Positions 26,201-39,800 of a DNA stretch of 64,000 bases are shown one piece after another (position 1 is the stretch's first letter; each line of letters starts with the position of its first letter). The stretch comes from Octopus vulgaris (lineage: Eukaryota). The position numbers and the translations under genes are program-made. The stretch covers positions 32,488,001 through 32,552,000 of the forward strand of contig OX597817.1 in assembly GCA_951406725.2 (NCBI GenBank). The letters run 5' to 3'. Below the pieces are notes generated by a model. It saw only the letters and a program-made list of their open reading frames with translations, had not been told where the DNA came from and did not search any database.

Positions 26201-28174
26201 AATAAATTAAGTACCAGTTACGCACTGGGGTCGATGCAATCAACTTAATACCTATGTCTGTCCCCTCTGTGTTTAGCCCCTTGTGGGTAATAAAGAAATA
26301 GATATATGTACTTGCTAACATAGAAATATACTCATGTGTACATGCACACATACACACACACACACACACACTACTTACTTTTATATATTTGTTTTGCATC
26401 TTTTTTCTCTATGCTAACATGGGATATACACACTCACATAAATAATGGTATTCCAGCTCAGAATTTGAATATGTTGTTTAAAATCAAAGATTTAAACTGT
26501 TTAAATCAAGGAAATTCAATATCATATATGTATATATATAGTAATAGATTTCTTCTGACAATTTAAGACTGTTCTCAGAAAAGTCTTATCTCAGTATACT
26601 ATTATCTAAAAATCAGAAAAAAAGGTATACAGATACACACATGTAACAGACTTATATGCATTAGTCATTGTACTAAAAAATATTGATACACAGAAATTGA
26701 CAAAGCAAGTATTAATTTTGTCGATGCCAATCATCTTACTTCACCTAATACCATTGACAAAGGAATTTATATACCTTCCTTTCTGAATCTACATGCATAT
26801 ACATACAGATATACCCAAGCACACTTATGCATATGTACTCATGCACACAATAATGGGCATATACAGACACAAAAATAAACATACACACTTACACACTGAT
26901 ATAGATTGACATGTTAATGTAGATACATGGACACTGCCACAGATGTAACAGGCAGAGATATACACGCACACCTAGATAGTATTTGAATATCCCTTCCCCC
27001 TTATGTTTTTAATCTTTTATTCAAATTGATTAAATTAGCGAGGATAAAGCTTGATTAAAAATTTACAATTTCTTGTATTTCATTTGATTAATCTATTTAT
27101 TGCAGATAAAAGCAGTAAAGACAGGAACAGTATTCTGGGGAGTATGTACTGCATTGTCCTACTTCTATATGGTAAGTTGTGATCTCAGTTAATATAGAGG
27201 GTTATTCAAAAAGAAAGAGCAGATTTTAAATTTATTTTTAAAACAAACCTATAGGCGTAGGAGTGGCTGTGTGGTAAGTAGCTTGCTTACCAACCACATG
27301 GTTCTGGGTTTAGTCCCACTGCGTGGCATCTTTGGGCAAGTTGTCTTCTGCTATAGCCTCGGGCCAACCAAAGCCTTGTGAGTGGATTTGGTAGACGGAA
27401 ACTGAAAGAAGCCCGTCGTATATATGTATATGTGTTTGTGTATCTGTGTTTGTCCCCTCAACATCGCTTGACAACCGATGCTGGTGTGTTTGCGTCCCCG
27501 TAACTTAGCAGTTCGGCAAAAAGAGACTGATAGAATAAGTACTAGGCTTACAAAGAATAAGTCCTGAGGTTAATTTACTCGACTAAAGGCGGTGCCCCAG
27601 CATGGCTGCAGTCAAATGACTGAAACAAGTAAAAGAGTAAACGGTAAGAGACACAAACACATTCTACATATTTCTTCATAGGGGAGGGTTTAAAGTTTAT
27701 TTTAAGGTAGTATGCACTCAACATGAGTACCATGAACACTGGTGCTTTGTTCCTTTACAAATGCAACCTTTTTCGGTGAAATTTTTATGCCATTCGTAAA
27801 TTTGCTTGTGACGAGTTGGATTTTTATTGAATTGGCAGTGAAATTCACATTGCACTTGCACAATCAATTCACATTTCTCAAACTGCAGCACACTAAAAGA
27901 CTTTTCTTGTGGTGTCTCCATTTTCTAAGGGATTACACAAATGAAAATTATACAACTTTAAATAAAATGAACAAAATGAAACCTTAAAACAAAATTAAAA
28001 TGTTATTTTATTTAAGGCTTAATCCAATTGATCATGTTCAGCTATAAAGTTTAAACCTTCCACCTATCAAGAAATATGTAGAATGTGTTTGTGTCTCTTG
28101 CCATTTGTTTTAAAAATAAATTTGAAATCTGCTCTTTCTTTTTGAATAACCCTGTATTAAGAATTTTGGGGCAT

Positions 28175-28210
<36 letters not shown>

Positions 28211-30757
28211 CGAAAGATTTGATGTCAGTATTCTTAATTGTTTCAGAAAGTTCTTTTAAAAGAGAAATCATATAAAATAATGGTATTCCTGCTCATAATT
28301 TAAATATCTTGCCAAACATTAAAAGCAATTTTAAATCAAAGTCTTTCAATACATGTGAAAGTAAGTTTCTTTTCGCAATTTGAAGCTCTTTACAGAAATG
28401 TTTAATTGCATAATGTTTCTTTAGATTAAAACAAATTACTTTAATTTCCTTTTTTTCATTTTACCTAAAATTTTTTTTTCTTTTTGCAGGTATCAGCTTG
28501 GGGTGGGTACGTTTTCATCATCAACTTAATCCCACTTCATGTCTTTGTGTTATTGCTGATGAAACGATATTCTAGGCGAATTTATATTGGTAAGTAGAAA
28601 ATTTTTTAATTTACTGTCAGTGATAGTTCAATATATTCAAGCATTAGTATATATTAAGCATTATGATTTATATCAAGATCAAATCAATAAATGTTGAAGT
28701 AGCTCAAACAATTCTTTTTGTTGACTTTTCCCAGCTGGAGCATAACACCTATTCTCCAGTTGTTATATACAACAGATGGGGAGGTGCAAAATCACCTCCT
28801 TCCGACAAGTCATCCTAACGAGACGTCTGCATTGGCTGGGTCATGCCCTCCGTCGTCAACCAGGAGAATTCATTTACGAAGCAATTGCCCCAGCTCCCCT
28901 TCAGGGTTGGCGAAAGCGATATGGTGGACAACGAACAACCTGGCTGATGACAGTCAAGGCTGATCTGGAACCAAACCTAGGCCCCCATGTCTACGGTGTT
29001 CGCCGCTGGAATAAAGAGAGGTTGGAGATCATGCAGTCGTTAGCCCCAAATTGCCAGGCCTGGTCGGCATTTGTGAGAGCTGCAGCATTGAAGATGAATG
29101 AAGCCAGCTCAACCCACCCCGGGTGAATGCTGTCTCAATCATACAACAGATGCAAACATGGCTATATGGACATGAAGTTCACTTTCTAACCATGTTGTTT
29201 CTATCTCAAAGTGTGATACATTGAGCAAGTGTTTTCAGCTTTAGCTTTGGGTTAACTAACACCTTATGAGTGGAATTCATTAATGGAAACTCGTATGTGT
29301 GTATTTGTATTCATTCAACTATAACTTTGCATGAAATTTTTTTTTAAATACTGTTATATTGGCATGTCCTGTTAGCAACTCATCCTTTAGCACTGTGCTT
29401 TCAAAGACAAGTAGCATAAATCTTTTATTTAAAAAACATATTTAAGGGTTTGTGACAGGAAGAGCATCTGTTTATAAAATAATACCCATTCATCTAACCC
29501 ATGCTAACAAACAACAAAAAAATTCATGAATGCCATATAATATACAATGAAAGTAAGTAGTCTGAGAAATAATATCTAATAATGTAAAACTGCTTTGCTT
29601 TTAACCTGTAGGGTATAAAGGGTTTGATTTACTCTGCCAAAACTTCAGATTATTTTTTCTAGTTCAGTCCATATGAAGTTAAATTATTATGATGATGCTG
29701 ATGCCATGTAAAAATTAGTGGTATTGGTGCTGCACAAAAAGTACTAGTGCTGGTGCCACATAAAAAGCACCCAGTATACTCTGTAAAGTGGTTGGCATTA
29801 AGAAGGGCATCCAGCCATAAAAACCAAGCCAGAATAGACTATGGAACCTGTGGCTCCTGGCCTTGCCAGCTCTAGTTAAGCTGTCCAACCCATACCAGCA
29901 TGGAAAACATTAAATGGTGATGATATAATAGCCTTGTGAGTGGATTATGTAGAAAGAAACTGAAAGAGGCCCCTCATGTTTGTGTGTGTGTATTGAGGGT
30001 ATGTTCGTTCACATTTGCATTTCTCCAAAATTACTGAGCCACAAGCGGTGGTTTTTGTCATTTATCTGTCAGCAAATTATCCACTTCAAAGACATGAAAT
30101 AAGAGATCCCTTACTTCAAAAAACAGCTAAGGGTCAGTGACAGTAAGAGCATCTAGCTGTAAAACGTTGCCTCAATAATATATTTGTCTAACCCATGCTA
30201 GGATGGAAAATAGATGTAAAAATAAACCAATGAACAAATGATACTCTTATGATAAGTATTTATTTTCATCATAAATGATCAACTAACATTACATTATGAA
30301 ACAACTGTCATTGGTTCTCTATTCTACATTTGTCTCCAGTTACTTTGAATATTCACAGTTTAACTTTAAATCCATCGTAACATTGCATATTCAAGTCTCA
30401 AACATCAATGTCAACTATGCTATGCTAGGTTTAGAGAGTGTGAATGCTAAAATTACCTATTGAGGAGTTGTTTACTCAACAAGCAAGTTTGGTTAAATTC
30501 TAAACAAATATCTACTAAAAATAAATATATATTATTGTATTTTTACTTGTTTCAGTCATTTGACTGTGGCCATGCTGGAGCACCGCCTCTAGTCAAGTCA
30601 AATCACCCCCAGGACTTATTCTTTGTAAGCCTAGTACTTATTCTATCGATCTGTTTTGCCGAACCGCTAAGTTATGGGGACGTAAACACACCAGCATCAA
30701 TTGTCAAGCAACGTTGGGGGGTACAAATACTGACACACGAATGTATACACACACATG

Positions 30758-30801
<44 letters not shown>

Positions 30802-33800
30802 ACATACATATATATATACGACGGGCTTCTTTCAGTTTCCGTCTACCAAATCCACTCACAAGGCTTTGGTCGGCTCGAGGCTATAGTAGAAGACTTGCCC
30901 AAGGTGCCATGCAGTGGGACTGAACCCGGAACCATGTGGTTGGTAAGCAAGCTACTTACCACACAACCACTCCTACACCTATTTGTAAAATAATATTGCA
31001 TAAAATACAAAATGTTGATAGACTGTAAGACAACATGCTATATTATTAATCTGTTTTGGTTTTTATTCTTTTTAGATTTTTTGTTTTAAATATCCAGTAA
31101 TTAAGTGTTTTAAAATATTTATAATTCTCTTTTAAATATTACTGTAAAAGTATTTTAAATGTGTTTTCTCACTACTTTTAGCATACACGACGTTCTACAT
31201 CGTTGGATTGTTGTTGTCAATGCAAATCCCATTCGTTGGATTTCAACCTATTCGTACCAGTGAACATATGGCTGCAGCAGGTATGAATCTGTATTTGTCT
31301 TATTTTAATCATCTAATAACAAACAGGATCATTTCCCTTCTCTTTACCATACCTATTTCCTATACTTTCTGTTTCTTTTCTCAGTTATTCTTTATTATGT
31401 TTAGTTTAACTATATTTCTATAAATAGCATAGAATCAAAAGCAAGCTCCTAACAAGCTGCAACCTGTTTTTAAATCTTCCTAGTTTAAAAGGATCAATGC
31501 CGTAGCTTTATTTTCAAGAATACAAGTCAAGGTTTGTTGATACAGATGGTGGGTGGGTGTTTAAAATAACAGTCCACCTCTGTTCTCATGCAAACAAAAC
31601 GAGAACATTGTAGAACCAGAAATTGAGAAAAGTCATTTTTATGTTCCTAATTTAATTAAATTCATTATATTTCGATGTTTCTTACATGATGAATTATTAA
31701 ACAAGTAAAGATACTTTTCACCGTTCTACAATGTTCATCATATGTACTTCCTTACCATCAAACCTAATAATTTCAATAATTATAAGTAAGCCATTAATCT
31801 TAATATGTTTTGTTTGTTTTTATTTACACAACAGAGGTTGTATAAATAAATAAAAAAAATTGCTTGAATGAAAACAAGCATTCATGAGCTAGGCTTAACA
31901 GTCTTCTCAATGATTCTTTACTTAAATTAGTATTTTTGATAAGAAAAATGTATGACAACTGCTATGTAATAATAGTGGCAAGATCTTAACATGCTGCATT
32001 CACAGATTTGTTGTGAGTTCTGATTGAAATTGTCATCATGTATTCTGTTAATAATGCAATGTGTTTAGACATATTTATGAAACTAATTGAGCCACACAGT
32101 GTTGAGTTCTCGTGCTAAACAAAGAGAACAAATAGTGTAAAAGTTCATAAAAATAAATCAAATTCTCTTTTGTAAAACTCTACACACAACAAGAATCAGA
32201 ATCAGAATCATTTCGCAAAGTTCAAATTTTTGTCCTTTATCAAACTTTACTGATATTACAGTTCTATATTTAAGAACAATGGCGGTGCCCCAGCATGGCC
32301 ACAGCTCATAGGCTGAAACTAGAATCAATCAATCAATCAAGAGATGAGGAATTATGTACATTATTTACATTTTGACAGATATTTGTCCTCATCTTGTTTG
32401 TTGTTAACATGTTTTGGCTGATATACCCTCCAGCCTTCTTCAGGTGTCTTGGAGAAATTTCGAACCTGGGTTCTCATTTCTAAGATATTCTTCGATATTA
32501 TTATTATTGTTCAGGTCACTGCTTGGAATCAAACTCGGAATTTTGGAGTTAAGAGCGTGGGCTACTAACCCCAAGATTCCGAGTTCGATTCCAAGCACTG
32601 ACCTGAACAATAACAATAATAATAATAATAATAAAAACAATAACATCGAGGAATACCTTAGGAACGAGAACCCTGGTTCAAAATTTCCCCAAGACACCTG
32701 AAGAAGGCTGGAGGGTATATCAGCCGAAACGTGTTAACAACAAACAAGATGAGGACAAATATCCGTCGAATGTAAATAATGTAAATAATTCACTGATATT
32801 ATGTAAAATTTTCCATGTTGGTTGCAATTAGATATTGACAATATCTACTCTAGTACTTACAACCTTTACAAAGAATTTTAATTGTATTACTCCTTAGTAT
32901 TTATCATCCAACTAATTGCTTTCAGTGGCAGTGAGTTTAGCCTATTTAGTAACAAGTCAGTCTAGTTGATCTATAATCTCTAGTTAGACTCCATTTTGGT
33001 TTCATTGATTTGAATCTCTTCTGTAAGAAAATAAATGATTTTATACCCACTCAAAAGAAATGTTTTTTTTATTTCAGGTGTATTTGCACTACTGAATGCT
33101 TATGCTGCTCTGAGGTACATCCAGTCTGTGCTCTCCAAATCAGAATTCCGCTACTTCTTCATCATTTCAATCGTAGCTGCAGCTGGTTTGGTCTTTATCA
33201 CTGTTGTTGGCCTGACTTGGGCTGGTAAGTTTGCCATTATTTTCAAACTAGTTTGCTTAAATTTTAGAAGCCAGGAGTTACTGTGTGAAAATTTTATTGT
33301 TTTTCCAAATCTTGCTAAAAATGAAAAGCCTCATTTGATTATTGCTGTCAAAGGTTGATAATGTAGATTTCCCTCCCTCTCTCTCTCTCCCTCACACACA
33401 CACAAAACTATTTTTAACTCATCGTTTTATCATTGGGCAAAACATACTTGTAACTTGAGAGATTTTGCCAAGCAGAGTATCCAGTTAAGGACAAATCAGT
33501 AGACATGTGATTATTTATTAATGGTATTCAGTTACAGGTTTCAAAGGGCGGCGAGCTGGCAGAAACGTTAGCACGCTGGGTGAAATGCGTAGCCGTACTT
33601 CGTCTGCTGTTATGTTCTGAGTTCAAATTCCGCCAAGGTCGGCTTTGCCTTTCATCCTTTCGGGGTCGATAAATTAAGTACCAGTTATGCAGTGGGGTCA
33701 ATATATACGGCTTAATCCGTTTGTCTGTCCTTGTTTGTCCCCTCTGTGTTTAGCCCCTTGTGGGTAGTAAAGAAATAGGCATTCAGTTACAGGTTTCAAT

Positions 33801-36800
33801 CATTGGACTATTTATATCAAACCCTAGTTCTTAGTTTTCTTCTCTGAAACTCCCACTTTGTTTTACACTTTACTTGTCATGTGGCTGATTTTACATTGAA
33901 CTACTTCCTTTTTTCAGCGAGTCCACCTCAGTCCCCTACTCCCACATTAAATGTTACAAATTATTTACAGTAGTATACACAGAGACACATGTAGACAGAC
34001 ACACACACACAGAGCTAGACAGTGAAAAAGGCATACAGTGAGCTTCCCAGTTTTGATCTACTAAATTTCACTTGCAAGATGTTAGTCAACCCAAGGGTTT
34101 GGCAGTATACACTTGCTCATGGTGGCTCATAGTGAGATCAAGTCCAGAATTCAGTTGTCACAAAACAAGCTTCTTGACAATACAACCATGCTGGCACCTA
34201 TTGTCAACTTCTTCCATTCATATAACTTTCCAGCTAAAAGTTTGATTGAATGTTTCTTCAAAACCACAATGTCATTCTACTAGTCTTGAATGATATGTAT
34301 AATGATTGATACTAGTTTCAGCTCACGAGCTGTGGCCATGCTGGGGCACCGTACTAAAATATTTTTATTTTGTTTATTTCTCAAGTAAGTTATTTATTCG
34401 ACTGATTGATCTATCATTCTTCTCATTACTTTTTATCATCCATTATTTTTTGTAGGTATAGGTTAGAGATATTTTCAATATAGCTTCTTTCTACTCATCT
34501 TGATCTTCCGTTATCTCTTATCAAGGTGCCCAACTGTATCAAATCAAAGCTAACTATTTCGTCCCAGATCTTCCCTGCTCTGGCCCTGCTTTGTGTACCC
34601 TACACTACCTACTCTATACATTTTAAGCTAGTATGCATCCTTCACTTGTACTTTTTAGCCTAATATTTATAATCCATTTGTGAATCTTTTTGATACATGA
34701 TTGTTTCTTCAATTGAACAACACACAGTTCATCTCATCTTCAAAGTTAATATTGTACATCTATTAGACCATATTCAACTTGTTTCTCCCCAATTCCTGCA
34801 GGTGCTCAGTCTTTGTTGCCCATTCTTGCTTCCCATACAGCACCATATAATCTATATATTGATATGAAATCATAGTGAAATCATAGTTATGGCCAGTGCT
34901 GGTGTCACATATCTGGCATCCATGCCAGTGGCACATAAAAAGCACCTTTTGAGCGTTGGGCCTCATGAAAGCAAAGTGGCATGTGAAAAGCACCTTTTGA
35001 GTGTTAGACCTCACAAAGGCAATGACAAATGACCAAGAACTTTGGCATTATGCTGTGCTTGAGAAGAAGACACATCAGGCCAAGTATAATCGCAGTTGTG
35101 GCAGATATTGGTGTCCCACAAATGGCACATAAAAACACCCATTACATTCTTGGAGTGATTGGCATTACGAAAGGCATCCAGCCATAGAAACCATGCCAAA
35201 TCAGACTGGTATCTGGTGCAGCTTGCCAGCCCTGGTCAAACCGTCCAACACATGCCAGCATGGACAATGGATGTTAAATGATGATGATGATGATTGATAG
35301 TGAGCACTAACAAAGGTGCTTCCTAAACGTTTCACCAATTATATTTTGGCACTTTATCATTAGCTTCTCTACCTTAAAATTGCATGTATGTGTATATATG
35401 TGTGTAACTGTGTTGTGAAAAGTTCCCTTCGTAACCCCTAGGTTATGTTACATGCATGTGATTAAGACTCACGGAAGAGTTCTCCCGTTTTCAGAGAAAA
35501 TCATTATAAAGAGCCCAGACACTGATGTTTTCGTTATTGGCATAGCAAAGGCTCATCAAATTCAGGCCCAGCTACTCTTTCACACTGGTAGAGGCAACAA
35601 CAAGCATACACTTAATCTAACAGCTATACAAAATCATTTCAGAGACAGTGTTGCAGATGCCCTCGTCAGCCTTAATTGTTTTACAAGCTGTGACTCAACA
35701 AGCTGTTTCTGTGGCTGGTCTCAGAAGAAAGCCTTAAAACTCATGACTGAATCTGTTGATTTTTAAGCAGCCTTTCAACAATTTGGTGCAACATTCTCTG
35801 TAGAAGATGGTCTGGTACACACAGTGGAGAACTTTGTTTGTAGACTGTTTGCGTGTCAATACAGTACGGTATAACAAGTTCTTGATGGGCACTAAAGCAG
35901 AGATGAACATGCCTCCCACACATGATGCCATGGTGAAACACCTGATGAGGGCAAACTACCAAAGAGGAGTACCTACAGGATGTCTTGAACAGTTTCCCAG
36001 TATCCCCAGCCTACACAACCATGGATGGAAAGTAACAGATACCACTATAGAAGTAGTGTGGGGGGTGGTCTTCCACCTGTATCATGTGCTCTGCTTGAGC
36101 TTATTGCAGTTGCAAGAAGAATAGCTGTGAGGATCCCAAAGGTGAAGGAAAGGGTCAGTGCTCATGCCAACAGCACAAGGTAACCTGCGCAGTTCTGTGT
36201 AGATGCATTAATTGCCAAAATTTAGCTCAAGCCGGAAATGATGTGGAAGGTGAGGAAGAAGAACAGAGGTGTGAGAGCTCACCTCAAATGAGAATGTTGA
36301 CTTGGATTATCTGTAAATTTAAATTTTACTTCTTTTCATATTCATGCATCACATTCAACTGTAATTCATTACAAGCGTAGTTTGTCACTTCTCCAGTGAG
36401 TTACAGAAATGGTAGTGAATTCCCATATTTAAACCTACAGTATCATTTTACAGACATTTACTTCTATGGTAAAGTTTCCATCCTGCATTGATGTTGAAAA
36501 TGTATATGATGTTAGACACAGTTAGCCAGATGTAGGTATGAAGTGCATTTATCATGCCGTACATGGACAATGCAACTTGGTCATATAACAAACTGCTTTG
36601 GGACCTTTGAATATATTTGTTTTGATTTATGCAATTATTAATAAGCTACCAATATAAAGTGTTATTAATGAAGACAAGCTGAAAATGGATATCAATAACT
36701 GTTTTATGTCACATATGTCAAATGTCCAAGTTATTTATAATAAAGCAGATTGGTATCATGATTGCATGTGTGAATACTTTTATCATTTCTCAAAATTTTC

Positions 36801-39800
36801 TATTTGGAATGAAGAGAGTGAGAGAGAGGGATGTCTCTGTGTGCATGTCTGCATATATGTGTGTGTGTGTGTATGCATGCAAGAAATCAAGAGAGAATGT
36901 GGGAAATAGAGGTACGGGCATGAGAGAAGAGGCTGATGCAGAGGAATAAGGTGTAACACAGGGATGAGGGAGACAAGAGAAAAATGATGAGTTTCTTTGA
37001 TCTTGTTAAAATTACAAGTATTATTGTTATGATCATCATCATTATTCTTTTTAAAGATTACTACATGTATTTCTTAACATTTGACATGCTTTGGAAAGAG
37101 TCCAGAGGCTGGCTACCCGCATGGTTCATGGTCTCAAAAATTTGTCCTACGAAGAAAGGCTGAGGACGCTCGACCTTTGTTCTCTTGAAAAACGCCGCCG
37201 CCGTGGTGATCTCATTCTCGCCCACAACATCATAAGCGGGAAGTGTAACCTCTCGAAAGAGCTGTTCTTCACTCCTGCTCCGGAGCGTCGGCTGCGGGGT
37301 CATTCCGAAAAGCTCTACCTGCGACGATTTCATCTCAATCGAAGGAGAGGAGCTTTCTCCGTCCGGGTTGCGGATCCGTGGAACAAGCTGCCAGACGAGA
37401 TGGTGAAGATGCCGACGACCGCTTTGTTCAAAGCCTCCCTGGACCTCAAGTGGCCTGAACTCTTTACATGAACACCACCCTGTACTTAACTCCATGTCCC
37501 CCTACATGGCCTTGCTATTTGCTTTTGAGCCAAATTAACTAACTAACTAACTAAGGTCAGACAAAATGTACCCTTCATAACCCCCCCCCTCTCCCATTCC
37601 CATTTAATGTAAATGGTTTGCAAACATGTCTCAGTAACTGAAAACATTTCAAGTAAAAAACCCAAGAAAAATACCCTCTAATGGTATGTAAATTTAAGTT
37701 CACAATCTTATTTATTCTGAAATCAGATTTGTTTCAACATTCTATACATGACATTCCTTCACAATAAAAAAGCAGTCTAACACACATGCCATTGGCCTAG
37801 TTTCTATTTTGGATTCAAGAGGGCGACAGATGTAATTATGAAATATAAAAGTATGGTATCTCATTAATATGCACTTTTCACGCTTGACAAGTTTGTGTGG
37901 TTGTTATTCATATTTTTCTCTACTGTTGTGCAAAATTTCATCCAATTGTCACATGGTGGTCACAAAAACAAAAAAAATAGAGCAATTTTAGATGTCTGCA
38001 TCCTAGCCTACCCAGGTTTCAGGTCCCATCCTATTGTGAGGTACCTTGGGTGAGTGTAAGAGAAATTTGGTAGATGGAAACTGCTTGAAACCTATTGTCT
38101 CTATGTGTGTGTGTATGTGTTTCCACATATATTCACATTGTTACCATTATAAACAAAAATAGTGACAATGTTTACACTTCGTGCAAACAGAATGTTTCAT
38201 TGCTTGATGATTTTGTCTTGTGTGAAAACTCTGTAATAAAAGTTACTTTACAAGTATGTGTTGGTGACACAAAAGCTATCCACTTGTGCAGTACCACTTC
38301 AATAACTCTTGGCCAATTCACGGCAGCATAGAAAAATGATCAAGATGATTGTGTGTGTTTATGTGTAGATATATATTTCCCTATGCATGTATGTCTATAT
38401 GTTTTTACTATGGATGTTCATAGTCATATATGGGAATGCACATGACTCAGTGATTAGAGCATCAGGCTCACAATCATGAGGTAGTGAGTTCAATTCCCAG
38501 ACCAGACTGTATGTTGTGTTCTTGAGCAAGACACTTTATTTCATGTTGCTCCAGTTCACTCAGCTGCAGAAATGAGTTGCGACATCATCAGTGGTGATAT
38601 GCTGTATCAGCCTTTGCCTTTCTCTTGGCCATCAGTGGCATGGAGCGGGGAGGCTATTGTGCATGGGTGACAGCTGGTCTTCCTTAAACAATCTTGCCCA
38701 GACTTGTACCTTGGAAGGGAACTTTCTAGGTGCAATCCCATGGTCATTCATGACCCAAGGGAGTTTTACCCTTTTACTCATAGGCATACAAGAGCATATG
38801 TATTATTACTGCTAACACCTGTCTATATCTAATGATGTATTGAATTTAACCCCTCTCTCATCACTTGACATATGCCAGGCAACAAGCACTGACATCCACG
38901 ATGTGTATATTTATTTGTAGTAATTCATTGGTGAGTGAGAGTTTTAATCAATTGGTGGAAACATCTGGCTAAACCAAGACAGTGACAATGTTTACACTTC
39001 ATGTAAACAATATGTTCCATTGCTCAGTGGCTTTGTCTTGTGTGTGAAAACTATGTAATAAAGGTTATCTAATTTGTTTCACAAGTAAGTGTTGGTGACA
39101 CGAAGGCTATCCAGCTGTGCAGTACTGCTTCAATAACTCTTAGCCAACTCATGACAGCTTAGAAAAAGTGGATATAAAAATGATGATTATAGTGTGTGTA
39201 GTTGTATGCCTCCTCCCCGTGCACATATGTCTTTAATATATGTTCATAAACATACATCATCATCATCCGTTTTAACACCTGTTTTCCATACTGGCATAGA
39301 CTAGACAGTTTGACTGGAGCTGGTAAGCCAGATAGCTGCACCAGGCTCCAGTCATCTGTTTTGGCTTGCTTTCTGCAGATGGATTCCCTTCCCTAACATC
39401 AACCACTTTACAGAGTGTATTGGGTGTTTTTTTTACATGTTACCAGTTAATTTTTTGCTCTACTGTGGTTTTAACGATGTAGGTCAAAACATCTCTTTCA
39501 ATCACCAGCATCTTAGAGTGTATTAACATCCAGTAGTAGACTAACTCGTGTTTCACTACATCTAATTCTATTTGATTCTACTTTTTCAAATTTTCTTTCA
39601 ATTCTCTGCATTGCATCTACTCACCACTCAAGCTATTCTTTATAGCCATCACATCAAATATGATGAGTTTCTTTGGTCTTGTTAATATTACAAGTATTAA
39701 TATTATTATTATCATCATCATCATCATCATCGTTTAGCGTCCGCCCTCCATGCTAGCATGGGTTGGACGGTTCAACTGGGGTCTGTGAAGCCAGAAGGCT

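Noticed and set aside
30460-30993. 177-aa ORF, and similar ORFs at 16848, 18129, 47648 and 37061(-)
   Set aside because: Read-through of SINE/RTE sequence or antisense to a CR1 ORF
32549-32600. tRNA gene
   Set aside because: The 5' acceptor/D-arm is missing and the T-stem is degenerate; it is a SINE-like head, not a tRNA
36985-37090. Box C/D snoRNA starting at ATGATGA
   Set aside because: No terminal D box or stem, and both copies are disrupted by LINE insertions
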